NCBI GenBank assembly: GCA_050084515.1
Contig: CM114271.1
Span: forward strand, 36,642,001-36,706,000
Direction of reading: 5' to 3'
Length of the DNA stretch: 64,000 bases
Source: Blasia pusilla
Lineage: Eukaryota
The translations under genes were made by a program, and so were the position numbers. The notes below the pieces were generated by a model, which worked only from the letters and a program-made list of their open reading frames with translations, made no database searches and was not told the DNA's origin. The stretch's first letter is position 1; the number at the start of each line of letters is the position of its first letter. Positions 25,101 through 38,600 of this stretch are shown here, in pieces.

Positions 25101-28100
25101 CACTAGTAGAAAATGGTGGTTTTTATAACTATTTGTTGAATGGTTTAGGTTCTTCATGCCTTGAACATATGACTAGAATATGTAAAACTTCCCTATACGC
25201 ATTGCGTCTCACTGCCCTCACCAAGGAGGAGTTATCACACCATACAGAATAAATCACAAATGTATGGGACTGAACCACAATCAAAGAATTAAGCATTTAG
25301 ATGATGATAATGTAAGACAATAAAATATCAAATCCGGAATGTTTTTGATAGTGTTGTCTCAATCGGACATAGGGAAGTTTTATGCCTACTGAAATCATCC
25401 ACACGAGCAAAAAGTATCGTAGAAAGGAAAAATACTCTAATGGATCATCTTTCTCGTGTGCATTTTTGGCCAAATCATGCTTGAGCCAAGTGCATCACCA
25501 AACGTCTCTTGCGTAGGTTCATCAACCAAATTTGGCATCCGTAGAGCATGTTCAGGGTCAAACACTTCATTAAGATCAACCCGCACCATTCCTAAGGGAA
25601 TGTTTTTGCCATGAAACTTATCCCTTCCACCAAAACCTGATAGAACTCCTGATCCAGGGACCATCCTCCTCAACTTTGGCTTGGTGAGTAAGACGGGATC
25701 TCCAATTCGCAACTATCAAAAAGAAGGAAAGAAGGGTCACATAGTTAGTCCAAAAACTATTTTTTCCTGGCTTTTATGCACCATCAATGAGATAAAAACA
25801 ACTAAGGGTTACTTGTTTGAAAGACCATCCCCATTTCGGAAGATTATGCGAAAAGTTCATAAGTCCTACACGATCATTTAACTGCCCACAACAATAAATG
25901 TCAATGTCATCATATGGATCATTTATATAAGAGGTCATTGCAGGTCAACGTATGTACCTTGGTCCTTTTTTTGGACGATCCAGATCTGAAAGCACTCTCA
26001 TGCTCATTTGTTATGTCAAATCCTCTCCTTCCTTTTTTTAGAAGGAGAGGATTTTGCCTCACTGTCCACACTCAAGTTTTCTGCACACATACCAACTAAG
26101 TGTTAGGTGAAATGGATACAAAGAAATGTGATGTCATACAAGGAATACATTTAAACAATGCAAATGAGCCAATATGTGGGATGTATCCATGCTCACGAGT
26201 AGTTCGTGTTGTTTCACCCTCTATGCTTTCAATGGAACTTCTTCTTCCGGTGCTTTGATCTAGCTCTTCAAGTAACAACAAACCACCAAAGTCCAGAAAT
26301 ATCACCTCATATTACATGTCAATCACATCATTGATTTATTGCATAACAAAACTCTTCATTAGGTTAAGCAAAGCATATTCCTTACCACCAAATTATGTAG
26401 TGGCCACCACCTCTCTTTGTGTTGAAGCCTTCCTCTTAACATGATGAACTAGTACCGCTTGTGAAGTTGGAGTGGGTTCAATGATAACTATAAGTTATTC
26501 AAAACAACATCAGTTATTCCCCAAGTACATAATCTGAAGAGTCCAACATCAAATCTGAAGTTGCCAACATGGTAGACCAAAAGAATAGGTTAGGGTGCAG
26601 ATGGTAGTGGTATCTCTACATTTAGTGTGAAATTACCTGATACTATTTTCTCACCCCCCCCTTTGGAGATGGCTATGAATCCAATGGTAGGGTATTCAGA
26701 TCTGATGTAGGTGTCGAGGACATGTCTCGCGAGGTAACCTCAGATACCATTTCCATAAGGGCACCTAGTGTTTTATTTTGGCGCTCCATCTGCATCTTCA
26801 CATCATCCAAATCGGCACTCCGCTTCTTCTCCACTTCCTCCAATTGAATGGTAACTCTAGATTCCACTCTCTGATTGAATAAAATCAGCCATCACACAGG
26901 AACATATAAGTGAGTAATTCTACCATATTCATTTGAATGAAGCCGGTAAGCATGTACCCCTAACTCTAAGTCATAGTTAAGAGATATAAGTGAAGAGCAT
27001 AGTGGTTGCCGGTGAACTGAGTTGTGTGAAAGCAAGTTGTTTAGGCAAGTCTCCTTGCGCCATAAATTCAAGCTACGTGGCCAAGGATCCCCTTGATTTG
27101 CTAGATGGCATCTGTGCAAAAGGCCCAATACATTAGAAACTATGACTTCACAATTAGTGAATGGTGAGATTAGAGCCATTTGAATCCACACCGAACTTTT
27201 CTTCCATGCACAAACTTTAACATAAAAATACTAGGAAATGCAAAGATGACTTACCTCAAGTCCATATAGATCTGTTCGGCCGGTGTGATTTGAAGTCTAA
27301 ACCTTAGCCCTCGCTCGAACCATCTTTTCTGCCTTCGTCTTGCCCTCCTTAGAGAGCCAATAATCTACTAATCGTGCCCATGATTCCTCGTCGATATCAA
27401 GGTGACACCGGATTGCGCGGTGTGCCCCGTGTAGTGTCCAATAGTTCTTAACATTTGACCATTCAATTTTCAACAGTTGTGCAATTTTTTTCTTCATGAA
27501 ATCAAGTAAGAGAGATGGAGCACCCACGTAGGTGTATGCCTCAAGACTATGGTTCTAGACAGCAACCATACTGAAAGCATTATGTTTACTTAACTCAATG
27601 CATGACAAGTCCAAATATCTCATTACCCATACCTTCAAGTCATTTAGCCAAGGCTCATATCCTAAAACTTTACTCGATGGAACACCATTGGGCATAATTT
27701 GCATCTAGGCTTTAGGTTCTGCTCCTTCCTAATGGACTCATCACGTGCCCACAAGTCGTGCTTTGTCTGACTCCTACGTTCACCTACAGACATATTATCC
27801 ACACTTTTCTTAAAAGTCAAAAAGCTTGACTCATAAATTAAAGCCAAGTCACACTCTAACTTGCAAACAAAAACTCCATTCATTCCACTAACTATGCAAC
27901 AATAGAAAGTCATTTGTAGATGCACACACTTGTGGTGTTACATCTTCCGACGGGCTTGGTGTTGCACAAGATTGGGACCTACTACGATACAGTTGGTCAT
28001 CCACATTCCCTTTGACCAAATGAGGTGCTGGAGGTTGGGGGGTGGGGGTTGGGTTGCCCCGTGACCCTTGAGATCACCAAAGCCAAGCACATAGTTCGTA

Positions 28101-29150
28101 CAAGTTGTGAATATCTGAAAAAAACACGATTTTGGAGGAAATGAAACGTAAAGCATACTTACCCAAGGTGGTGGGATCTGCATGGATGGTTGAGCTCCAT
28201 TAGACTAGGGTGGTTGAAACTGAGCACCATACCCCATGGATGATTGCATCATCATAGGAACCCACCATGCCATCTGAGATTGTGCCCAAGGGGGAGGGGT
28301 AAGCATGGCTGTGAAGGGTGGATGATTTTTGAAGAGTTTTCATCAATCGGCTACACATACAAGTATGCTAGTTAGTAAACTAACATACATCAGGAGCGAA
28401 GAAAAAAAGAAAAATGAAACTGTCCCATTACAAGTTTCACCTATTGCCGAAATATAGTTGTACTTGTATCCTAGTATTGTCTCATGTATAAATTACCCTC
28501 TCAAGAGCATTGGGAGAAATGCGTGCTCCAGCATTTCTTCTCTTGATGGTCTACTTAGTCGCTCCTTTGCTTATGGCTATACAATCCATACAACTCAAAA
28601 TGTTAGTAAACTTTACACAAATCTGAAATCTGAACCAACCAGACACAAAACCACAAGATAAGAATGATCAATTACCCTCCCTTCCTCCAACCACAAAATA
28701 TCTTCATCATCTGCACCCAGGAAATCCATGTCTAGGAGTGGTTTTTATTGAGGATCTCAAGATTCACTATCTTCTCCTGGGTTGTCCTCCAAAACTACAC
28801 TTTGAAAGGTGGCTTTCTCCTCCAACCGTATATTATGCCTTTTGGAAGATTAGGGTTCCAAAATGGTAAACGCTTGCGCTCCTTCACAACCCTTGGTGCA
28901 GCAAACCTTCACATACAATTCAGAAAGAATCAGAATTTATTCCAAACAGTTGATCCAACTTAAAATTAAAATATATGAAAAAATTGAAGTGAGTAACAAT
29001 TTTCTGAGATGGATGTAATACGGAATGGCACTTACAAGTCCTTCAACCCACAAACAACTCAGCCTCCTTTGCCTCTCTGGCTTTAACTGAACATCTGGAT
29101 ACTTCTCAATAGGTATGAGCCTCTCTATGTCATAACTATGACACTACAGG
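25101..29150 (-). mobile_element. CACTA (En/Spm) DNA transposon remnant with a spliced, decayed TnpA-like gene
   Basis: TIR CACTAGTAGAAAA at 25101. 25437-25712 encodes a Tnp1/En/Spm-like domain (FHGKNIPLGMVRVDLNEV...GDALGSSMIWP). 27253-27720 is Ptta/En/Spm-like (IDEESWARLVDYWLSKEGKTKAEKMVRARAK...HTGR). Splice signals and in-frame stops are present; the right TIR was not found. Confidence 0.8.
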
Positions 29151-29899
29151 TTCATTTTCTGTACTACACTTACAAGCATCCATGTACAAACTCATTGTTG
29201 AGTCTTGTTGGTCACCTTGCTATTTTCTCTCACATCTCAAGATTATTGCAAATAATCTTGCAGCCGTACCTTCTCCTGTTTCACATACACATCTGAACAC
29301 TTTTGCTATTAGCAAACTTACTACTGTGAACAAATCTCTTATTCACGTGTTGATACTGAAGATACACCTTCTTTTAACGATCTTCAAATTTGAGTACTAT
29401 ACTATTCTGAACAAGAGAAGCCCTCATGATTTAATTCAAAGTATACTAGTTTCCAATTCTATTTTCAATTCTACCAAGAAACTTGGACTGCTGTCTATAT
29501 CTATTAAGCATCGAAGAAAGACTTCTCAATCCCAATACTAAACCTGTTTATCGCAGCAAAGATGTTTCAATGAAGGTACTCTATGATCCTTATAACCTGT
29601 GCCTGATTCTTCTTATTCCTCATTCTATGGCCCTTTCCAATAGAACAATTTCAACCAATAATTGTTCCTAGAGTAGGAAGAAGAGCTACACTTCATGCAG
29701 TTATTGGAGGTGGGAGGCCCCCAACCAGACATTGTATCACAAAAATTTGGGAATAGTGGGAGATCCTAAAAACAAATCAAGTGTTGTTGCTAAAGAAAAA
29801 CCCACGATACATTTTCCCACTTGTTCTCATGAAAGGAAGTCATCACAAACATCTAGACCAAAACATAGTTATGATGTTGTTGGCTCAAACAATCTTTAT

Positions 29900-30045
29900 T
29901 CGTTTTGTATCCAATCTGGTCCAATCACTACAACATATGCTCTCTCTAGACCAGACGCTCATGAATGGCAAATTGCTACACAAGTTGAAATTGCGCCTTT
30001 CCACGAAAATAAAACCCGAACTCTTGTACTAAATCCTAAAAAGCG
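29900..30045 (+). mobile_element. Ty1/copia RT N-terminal fragment
   Basis: PITTTYALSRPDAHEWQIATQVEIAPFHENKTRTLV matches the P.T..EAL....W..AM..E...L.EN.TW.LV motif. Confidence 0.6.
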
Positions 30046-31659
30046 CAAGTCATCCACATATGCTGCCAATGTACATCTGCTCGACAGGAGATGCAATACA
30101 TTGGGCCTCAAGGACTCTTGGATCTATTGCTATTGGTAGTGTTAGAACTACCCATGGCCCAGATGGCAAGAGACCCATATGGTTTTGCAACATCAAACGC
30201 CAATGGTAGGGGATGTAGTGCCTGTTGGATTCAATCTCTTCTTATTTCGATGACATGTGAAGGGGACGGTGTAAGATTCACGATCTTCCAATAAGGTTTT
30301 TCCTTCTTCACTCATTAAGCTACCAATCATGAAACCATTTATGTCTAAATGATTCAATGGCCTCATTTCCAGCTGCCCTAATTGATAAGAAAGGTATTTT
30401 GGGACTAATTGATTAACATCCTACAAAGACCTTAGCCAATGTTTGGTTGTTTGCATCTTAAACATGCTCATGAATTGGGCAAACAGTTACTAGACAGTAT
30501 AATACACAAACTGAATATAGAGGCTACATAATATATAAGTTGGATTTGACATTTACTTGCAGACATTCTTCATATTATAACACATTCAACAACAACACAT
30601 TCAGGTCAGAATGTAGATCCTCGGTTCAGGATGCTAATGTTACATACTAGTAGACTACGTTCTATCGTTGTTGGGGACCAGGGCAGTTCTGTCCATGTAA
30701 TCAACGAGAGTCTACATAGTAGTAGACTACATCCGTTCCTTGCAAGGGAGCAACGTCGAGCAACTAGCATACTAGTACATATATGGTGCGTTCATACTTG
30801 GCAAGGAAGTACCTGGAATCAAATGCAACGTCAGCTTGGCCAACATCCAAGCTTCAATTTTGATACAGCACTCGGCTATCATTGACCAGCGTCTTGAAAT
30901 CCTGTAAATCTTGCCGTCTCCATTGTAGGCTGTATGTCAAGAATCGGGCTCACATTACAAAAAATGGAAACAAAAAAGTAGGCACATACTCTTTGTCACC
31001 CGTGTTCTTGCGTAGGCACCAATCGAAGTAGCTAGGGCGCGTTGGCAGGGAGTTAAGATTGAGAAAAAAGAAGAAGGTAGAGGTCTGACAAACCTCAAAA
31101 TGCGAAGGTGTGAACTCGGGAGACAGCATGTCGGGGGATACCAAACCAAGGAGCGTGCAAGATTGTAAGTGCAGCAAACCAAATTCTACATCCGCAAGCC
31201 AACAAGCCTTAATGAAATGTCACTGAACTCAAAGGGGTTCGGGAATCTCAGTCGTGCATGTTGACATCTCGACCTCTCAGCTCACAACAAGCTCGAACCG
31301 CCCACTCTTTTTTGCGTGCTCTTTGCTCTCGTCCCGCGCAAAACACAAACCCCTACTCGGTCGTGCCAAATACGAACCCCTCGTTGACCACGTTACCAAG
31401 TTTCCACGTCAACTCCCTCTTCCATGCCACATCAACCCTAAAAAATCCTTCACACTCCACGTCATTCACAAAATATCCTTGTCATCCTCACATCAATTGA
31501 GGATGTATCAACATCGATGCTCCAGTGTCTAAACTCTCGTAAACCTCCCCCCTAACACCATATCATATCTGAACGTTCTTCTTTCATACTCGTGCCCATA
31601 ATATGCACTAAAGTGTCATCCTACATAGAACTCATTAATTTTTCCTAGTTTTTTGAATA

Positions 31660-33180
31660 CTCACGATGATCCAATGGTGAAAGATCCGGCTGCATGGGTA
31701 AGTCGAGTAACATTCAAAACCCACTTGGAACTTCACTCGTACATGATACATCTCCCTCTTTCTTCTACATTTGTTGGCCCCCCTATTTTTTTGCTGGACC
31801 AAAAATCATGAAACCTTGTCGCAAACATGCACAACCATGTCAGGCTACCAAAAAAAATAAAAATCTCCGAATGACCACTCGTGGAATGAATTAAAAATAA
31901 GAAACCCTAAATGCGGTTTCCAAATTTTTAATTGAGTATGGAGAATGATATCCAATATCCACACCCTCAAAGGGCAAGAAGACATTGCCAACCCCACATC
32001 CCTTGTGTTTCACGTCCATCCAACGGTAGGAGCTTTGGTTGCATGTGTAAATTGAGTAAAATTCAAAGGAGACTAGGAACTTTACTCCTACATGATTCAT
32101 CTCCCTCTTTTTTTCTACATTTTTTGGCCACCTTCTTCTTTCTCTGGCCTACAAATAATGAAACCTTCTCGGAACATCCACAACCATGTCACGCTACCAA
32201 CCAAAAAAGAAAATCTCCGAATGACCACCCGTGGAATGAATTAAAAATCAAAACCCCTAAATGCGGTTTCTGAATTTTAAACTGAGTATGGAGAATGATG
32301 TCCACAATCCACACTGTCCAAGGGCAAGAGGGCATTTCCAACCCCACATCCCTTGTGTTTCACGTCCATCCTACGGTGGGAGCTCCGGGTGCGTGGGTAA
32401 GACGTGCAAAATTCAAAGGAGACTAGGAATTTTACTTCTACATGACTCATCTCCCTCTTTCTTCTACATTTTTTGGCCCCCCTCTTCTTCCGCTGGCCCA
32501 CAAAGAATGAAACCCTGTGGGAACATGCACAACCATGTCAGGCTACAAAAAAAAAGAAAAACTCCGAATGATGACCCGTTAATGAAACCTTTTCGGAACA
32601 TGCACTACGATGTCAGGCTAAAAAAGTAAAATAAAATAAATCTCCGAATGACCACCTGTTGCATGAATTAAAAATAAAAAACCCTAAATGCGGTTTGTGA
32701 GTTTTAAACTCAATATGGAGATTGATATCTAAGATCCACACCGTCCAAGGGGAAGAAGGCATTTCCAACCCCACACCCCTTGTGTTTTACGTCCATCCAA
32801 CGGTGGGAGCTCTGGCAGCGTGGGTAAGACGAGTAAAATTCAAAGGGGACTATGAACTTTACTCCTACATGACTCATCTCCCTCTTCCTTCTACAATTTT
32901 CGGCCCCCCTCTTCTTCCGCTGGCCCAAAAATCATGAAACCTTGTCGGGACATGCACAACCATGTCAGGCTACCACCTGGAAAATAAAATCTCTGAATGA
33001 ACACCCGTAGAATGAATTAATAATCGAAAACCCTAAATGCACTTTCGGAATGATAAACTGAGGATGGAGAATGATATCCAAGATCCACTTTGTCCAAGGT
33101 CAAGAGGGAATTTCCAACCCCACATCCCTTGTGTTTCACGTCCATCCAACAATGGGACCTTTGGATGCGTGGATAAGACA
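31660..33180. repeat. About 350-bp tandem repeat array, about 4 copies
   Basis: CCAACCCCACA(T/C)CCCTTGTGTTT at about 31988, 32338, 32765 and 33114 (spacing 350, 427, 349). Each unit carries AACCCTAAATGC or ACCCCTAAATGC. Confidence 0.95.
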
Positions 33181-33546
33181 ATGACAGGAACACAAGGGAA
33201 AATAAAAAACTTCAAATTACCACTCATAGATGGAATTAAAAATCGTAAACCCAAAACAAGTTCTTTTATTTTGGTATAAGCATGGGGAGCTAAATAGCAG
33301 ATCTGAACTGTAGAAGTTTTGGAGATATTTAATGAAAAGGCTTCTGCAAAATTTCATCATCATCCAATGGTTGGGAGAAGGTTTTCTTGATCCCTCTTTT
33401 TCTACCCTCTCCCCTCAAAATAGATAAACATAGATTACTTTAAGCTTCCAAATTAAGAATTTACTACTATAATAATATTTTATGTAGCTTCACTATATTG
33501 AATAACCATGTTAAGTCTCTATAGTCTAATGACAAAAGATGAGGGC

Positions 33547-33850
33547 TAGAGGTGTTCACACGACTCCATTGCAACTCTATTTTTGCCAAGAGTGGATACT
33601 TTGCAATTCCATTGTAATTGTCAATTTACAAGTCTAGTTTGTGTGATTTGATTGCAGCTTAACGAAACTTTGCAAGTCTGGACAAATATTTACTAGTTGC
33701 AATTGCATCAATTCGTAAGCGTTATCGCAAGTGTGTATCAAAACTCGGCCATAGATAGTGGCTACTAAGAGTCAAACTTTGCAACTATGGGATCTTGCAG
33801 TTGAACTAGACGAGACTCGCAAATGGACTTCTTAGAGTTGCAAATGGGAA
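33547..33850. mobile_element. TTGCAA-rich MITE-like fragment
   Basis: Begins TAGAGGTGTTCACAC (hAT-like end) and has many TTGCAA/GTTGCA subrepeats; second end not seen. Confidence 0.3.
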
Positions 33851-34379
33851 GTTTTCTTCCATTCGTTATAAAAAGACATTCCAACAAGGATGAGGTCCTC
33901 ATTTTATGCTTACGATCTTGCTTGGTAACAAGGGAGATGGGGATTACCTCAAAGAGTCAAGAGGGGGACACGGTTATGTGTGATGCTTACATGGTTGTTT
34001 GGGAGTGAAGTAAGGTGCAATAGATTTCTTTCCATAGGTTCCTTTGGCAAGAGGCATACACTTACCGTTGCATGCACGAAATGAATTTTGAATATCTGCC
34101 AAAGTACCTCCAAAAACATCATATGACACCTCGAGCTATGAATATTGGGTTTCGATAATAGCGAGCATATGGTGGGAAGACTTTGAACCAAAGAGCACAC
34201 AATAAAAGTCGAAAAGGAAGGAAGATATGCCTAATACGGAAGAGCATCAAACCTTCAAGGAGTACTATGTTGAGGTATGCACACACACTTGGGAGAGTTG
34301 GTAATAGACTTAATGTCCAAGGAATCATACCAATGGAGGCAATTATGCAAACTCATAAGTTATAAAAAAAACCAATGAG

Positions 34380-34666
34380 CATTGTATGAGTGTAAGATAG
34401 ATTAGGGGCTTAGTAGATTAACTTTTAGTTCCAAGATGCATTTTCAAGAAGTAAAGAGGCGTTGTAAAGCTTATGCGAAGTCGGTTCCAATGCACTATAA
34501 ATCTTAGCAAACGCTTAAGCAGAGGCTGAGATATTGGCAAAAAAAATTTGTATAGGGAGTCGGGTTGAGGGCCAAAAAGAGGGGCCCGGGTGTCTCTTCC
34601 CCAAAGGTAGGGGGAGGGAGGGAATCCCCATAAGTACTAGTAAGGGGGAAGGTCTCCAAGAGTGCT
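34380..34666 (+). mobile_element. LTR fragment, same family as the Gypsy LTR at about 55.6-56.5 kb
   Basis: AGAGGCTGAGA...AAGTACTAGTAAGGGGGAAGGTCTCCAAGAGTGCT is shared with about 55945-56091. Confidence 0.7.
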
Positions 34667-35605
34667 ATTTGCTAATACCTATATGCTTGACACGAGACAA
34701 TTCAACAACAAGAAAATGTTTCACGTGCTACGGTAATATTTCTTTTTTTGAATTTATATGCAAATCATTAATCTTTTCCCTTCAGGAACTATACACTAGC
34801 TATTCAAATATTTTTTTATTTCTCGTGTATAGTAAGGGCACCTTAATAGTTTTTTTTATTGAAGAGTATCATATTTTTATAAAAGTATGGTATTAAGAAA
34901 AGTAAGGTGACCTAGTAAGGTTATCTCTAAAATCTTCAAATCAAAATTCAAATTTTTAGTACATCAAAATTGACATTTCAATTAAATAAAACATTATCGC
35001 TTATTTGGGACCTTTTTAATGTTTTGTTTCTTAATATAGACATCGAGTGAGCTCTCTAGCGATTTACGTTTTCTCTCATATTCCAAATTCAACCGGGTCC
35101 CCAACTTGACCGATAGCGAACATGGTCTCACTCCGGGCTTCACGAAGTGATCACAAATCCTCTTACTTTGAAGTTGATTTCCCTCAGCTGGCGTCTAATT
35201 TGATGACCATCATTTGCATGCGCTTATGCCAGATACAGGAGGGCTGCGATGGAAAGTAAGAAAGGATTTCAGTTCTCCTAGCGGCATCGGAGCTCCACGG
35301 GTTTGAATCATTTCGTGACAGAGATAGATTCTAATTCAGAGTTTGTGATGTAGCAAGGTGTGCTTTACAGTTGGAGCTGAGAAATCAAATATCAGATTAT
35401 GTGATGCAGCAAAGTTATGATTTGCCGTCGGAGCCGAGAAATTACTGCTGGCGGTGCCCCATGTCTCTTTCGAGTCCATGTCAAGGCATTTCATGACTAC
35501 TCGTGCAAGCTAGTCGCCTGAATGTTGTAGACGTTGCTTTACAGGAGTGGCAGAAGTACTGTACGATTGCAAATTGGTCGCGAATTACGAGCTTTTGATA
35601 TCTCT

Positions 35606-38600
35606 ATGATTGTCACGATGTCGATATGCTTGTCGATTGCTGATTTTACTTCTTCTCATACAGGAGAACTTGTCACTTATAGACGAGCAGAAAAGTCATT
35701 TAAGTTGCCTGAAAATCATGTTTTCCTAGACATACATGGCTATTTCGAGAGGACGCACAACAGAATACAGCGCTCGAGATTTTCTCCATTGACTCTTGAG
35801 TGTTTGTCTTCTGTGGATAAGCGGAGCTGTGTGAAAGTTTGCGGTGCTCAGAAAAGTAGTGTGGGTCGGTTTCCCCCACGTAAAGGTTTTGCAAGGTGCT
35901 GTGTATATAGTAGGAGTCTGACTAGTCAAATTGGATTTTCTCTCGTTGAGAAGTCCCATAACTTCGTGACTTCGGCTTCCCGAAAAAAATCGACTGTATG
36001 TAGTTTGAAATCCGTAGAAGAAACAGAGAGGGTGCCAAATCATGATAAGCCTTACGACCACGATAGATTCGACGGACCGAATGAAAACCTCCAGGACAAG
36101 GGCGTCTCTCGATCGAAGATAAACTCATCATCTGACAATACTGGCAGCTCGAGTCTGAGTGCCGAGATTCTACCCATGAAGCGGCAAACTATATCAGCAA
36201 ATTTTGGAGATAATTCTGATCAAGAAAGGTCACCTTATGAAAATGTGGTCCAGGATTTAGAGCCTGGACATGCATATGATGAGAGGAGGAAACTCAGCTC
36301 AGAGTCATGTTCGACAGATCATTACCATCAAATTATTCAAGATGATGGGAGTGCGGTTCAAAAGGGACGAAAGGATATACTTGAGAGCAGTTCTGAAGGC
36401 AACGATGAGACAGCAGAGACGACATCAACAGCGAACATGGACGATTATAGCTCGGAACCTCTGATAGACTGGAATACAGACACAGAATATGTGACGAGAA
36501 TTTCTGTACCTAGACACAGATACATACGTGTGCCCAAAGAGAATATCGTAAATGCGCTTCTGTCATTCACCAGTGCCAACAAGGATGGTTCAAAAATTTT
36601 TCAATCTGCTCGTAAGTCTCTGGAGTCGAGAGTCTATTGTGGCCTATTGGTTAATTACAATATCTGCCCGTGCTCTGTCCTGATAACTTAGTGAAAAGTG
36701 TGACAGCCGCGGAAAAGGTTTGATTAATTTTAGAAGTTCAGTGGCACGATGAAAGAGTAAAAAACTTCTTGCAAGTGGCAAAGAACTTATCTCACACTGA
36801 TCCAAGCCAAACTTTAGGAGAACTAGTTTAACGTGTAAGATACTCGGTGGCTATTATTTGTAGATGTCCGAAGCAAATTAGAATTTATTTTTGGGACGGA
36901 ACTAGTGATAGCGGCCAGCCAAATTTGGATGCTATTCAGCCGAATATATTACGCGAGTTATTTCATTTTCCTAACCTCCCAGATATAAGGAATGAACGGA
37001 GGCAATTGAACGTTTGTGAATAACTTCTCTCTCAAACAGTCTTCCTATCATCATCATAGTGTGAAATGAGTGTCTTCCTCAGTGGCCATAAGGGCTGATA
37101 TTCCAGGTTCTCACGGGGGTTCCTGAGTTCAATGTCTCTTGGTATTATTACATCCGAAGAACAGCTTGAGTTTACGATTAGTCATCAGAGGTTCTTTCAA
37201 CTTGTTTGTGACGTGGCTGTGCATTTACGACCTACCTAATGTTCAAAGTGTCCAAGTTTGAAACAGAGGCTACGTTAAATCTAGAGATGCAAGGGTGGAG
37301 GTTTGCCAGGTTGTTGCTGGCGAGACTGGAACCAAGTTTGGCAGCTAGTGATCTCACACTTATTTTTTCATCGTTTTCTCTCTGCAGTTATCTAGAATTA
37401 ATTTTGCATGCCAAGCATAAGGTTCTGCTTGAAGAGCTCCGTGCGGATTACCGGCTGATACACATCTCCCAGGATGGAAGAAACTCAAATCTGGTGAAAG
37501 GAAGTAACAAAACCAGAGCAAGTGTTGTCGCAAGTAACTCAAAGCTGGAACATGCTATTGATGATGCCCAGAACGATGTCACGAACAGAGACTTAATGCT
37601 CGGTGTTAAAGACTCTCCAGTTTCAGAAACGGTGGGGGAAAACGTCAGCAAGAGTGACAAGCAGCCTTCTTGGCAAGCTTGGGGGATGAGGCTCATTGAG
37701 AAGGCTAAATCAAGAAAGACAAGAAATGTAGATTCTAGAGGTAAAATAGGTGAAGTTAAGGCACATTCCGAGTCAAGTGAAAATGCGGAAGCAAGGTATA
37801 GTAGCAATGTCACAAGTTAATATCTCAAACTACAAAGAAAGATCACTAAAATTTCATCGGAGGGAGTTGATACTGTGATGTTTGGAACTTTCTTGAAGCC
37901 CCATTTTCAAGGATGTTAGGTCTCTGTACATGGGTTGTCAAGGATGTGAACAGTAGGAGTGAGGATGACTATCTTTCTGGTAGAAGTAAGCTCCGACATT
38001 GCTTTTGCTGAAATCTCCTAAATTGTGGGATCTCATTGTGAGATAATTGTGAAGTATCTCACAATGACATTCCAGACACGTGCCTCTATTCTTCTTCCGG
38101 AAGTTTCACTCATCTTTTGTACTATGCAGAGCAGCGGCTGCAGAGCACTTCCAAGAGAACTTCTTGAGAATTTTGAAAAGTGCTCAATTTGAGGGACTTT
38201 CAGCACAAGATTTGGAACTGACTGCTGCCCTCAATTCGGACTACCTTTTAACCCTTCCAGTTGTTGTAGATTGGAAACGTACCTCCTTGTCAAATGTCAT
38301 TATATTCAGGTAAACAAGGGACCTTATATATGCCCTTTGAGCTGATTGTATTTTGAAGGAAGCAAAAACCAGTATGGCATTTGCAGTCATGCAATAGTTA
38401 TGAAATTCTTGCATGCATTAGCTCTTCAGGTCACTGGAGACAGGTTTAAGACAATCACTTGATTCATAAAAACTCTCGACGCCGATTGAATCTCACGGCC
38501 CTCTCCACCCTACATGTATCTACAAACCAAGGAGACTGCCAAAACCCATTTCAAGCGTGCTCTTTTAACCATTCCTTCTTCCTTCATCTGCACCCATTAC

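Noticed and set aside
31660..33180. CRISPR-like interpretation of the tandem arrays
   Set aside because: Whole units repeat with no unique spacers, there are no cas genes, and the context is eukaryotic.
31932..33279. Repeated similar ORFs (MENDI...QPHIPCVSRPS)
   Set aside because: By-products of the 350-bp DNA repeat; frames are not maintained between units.
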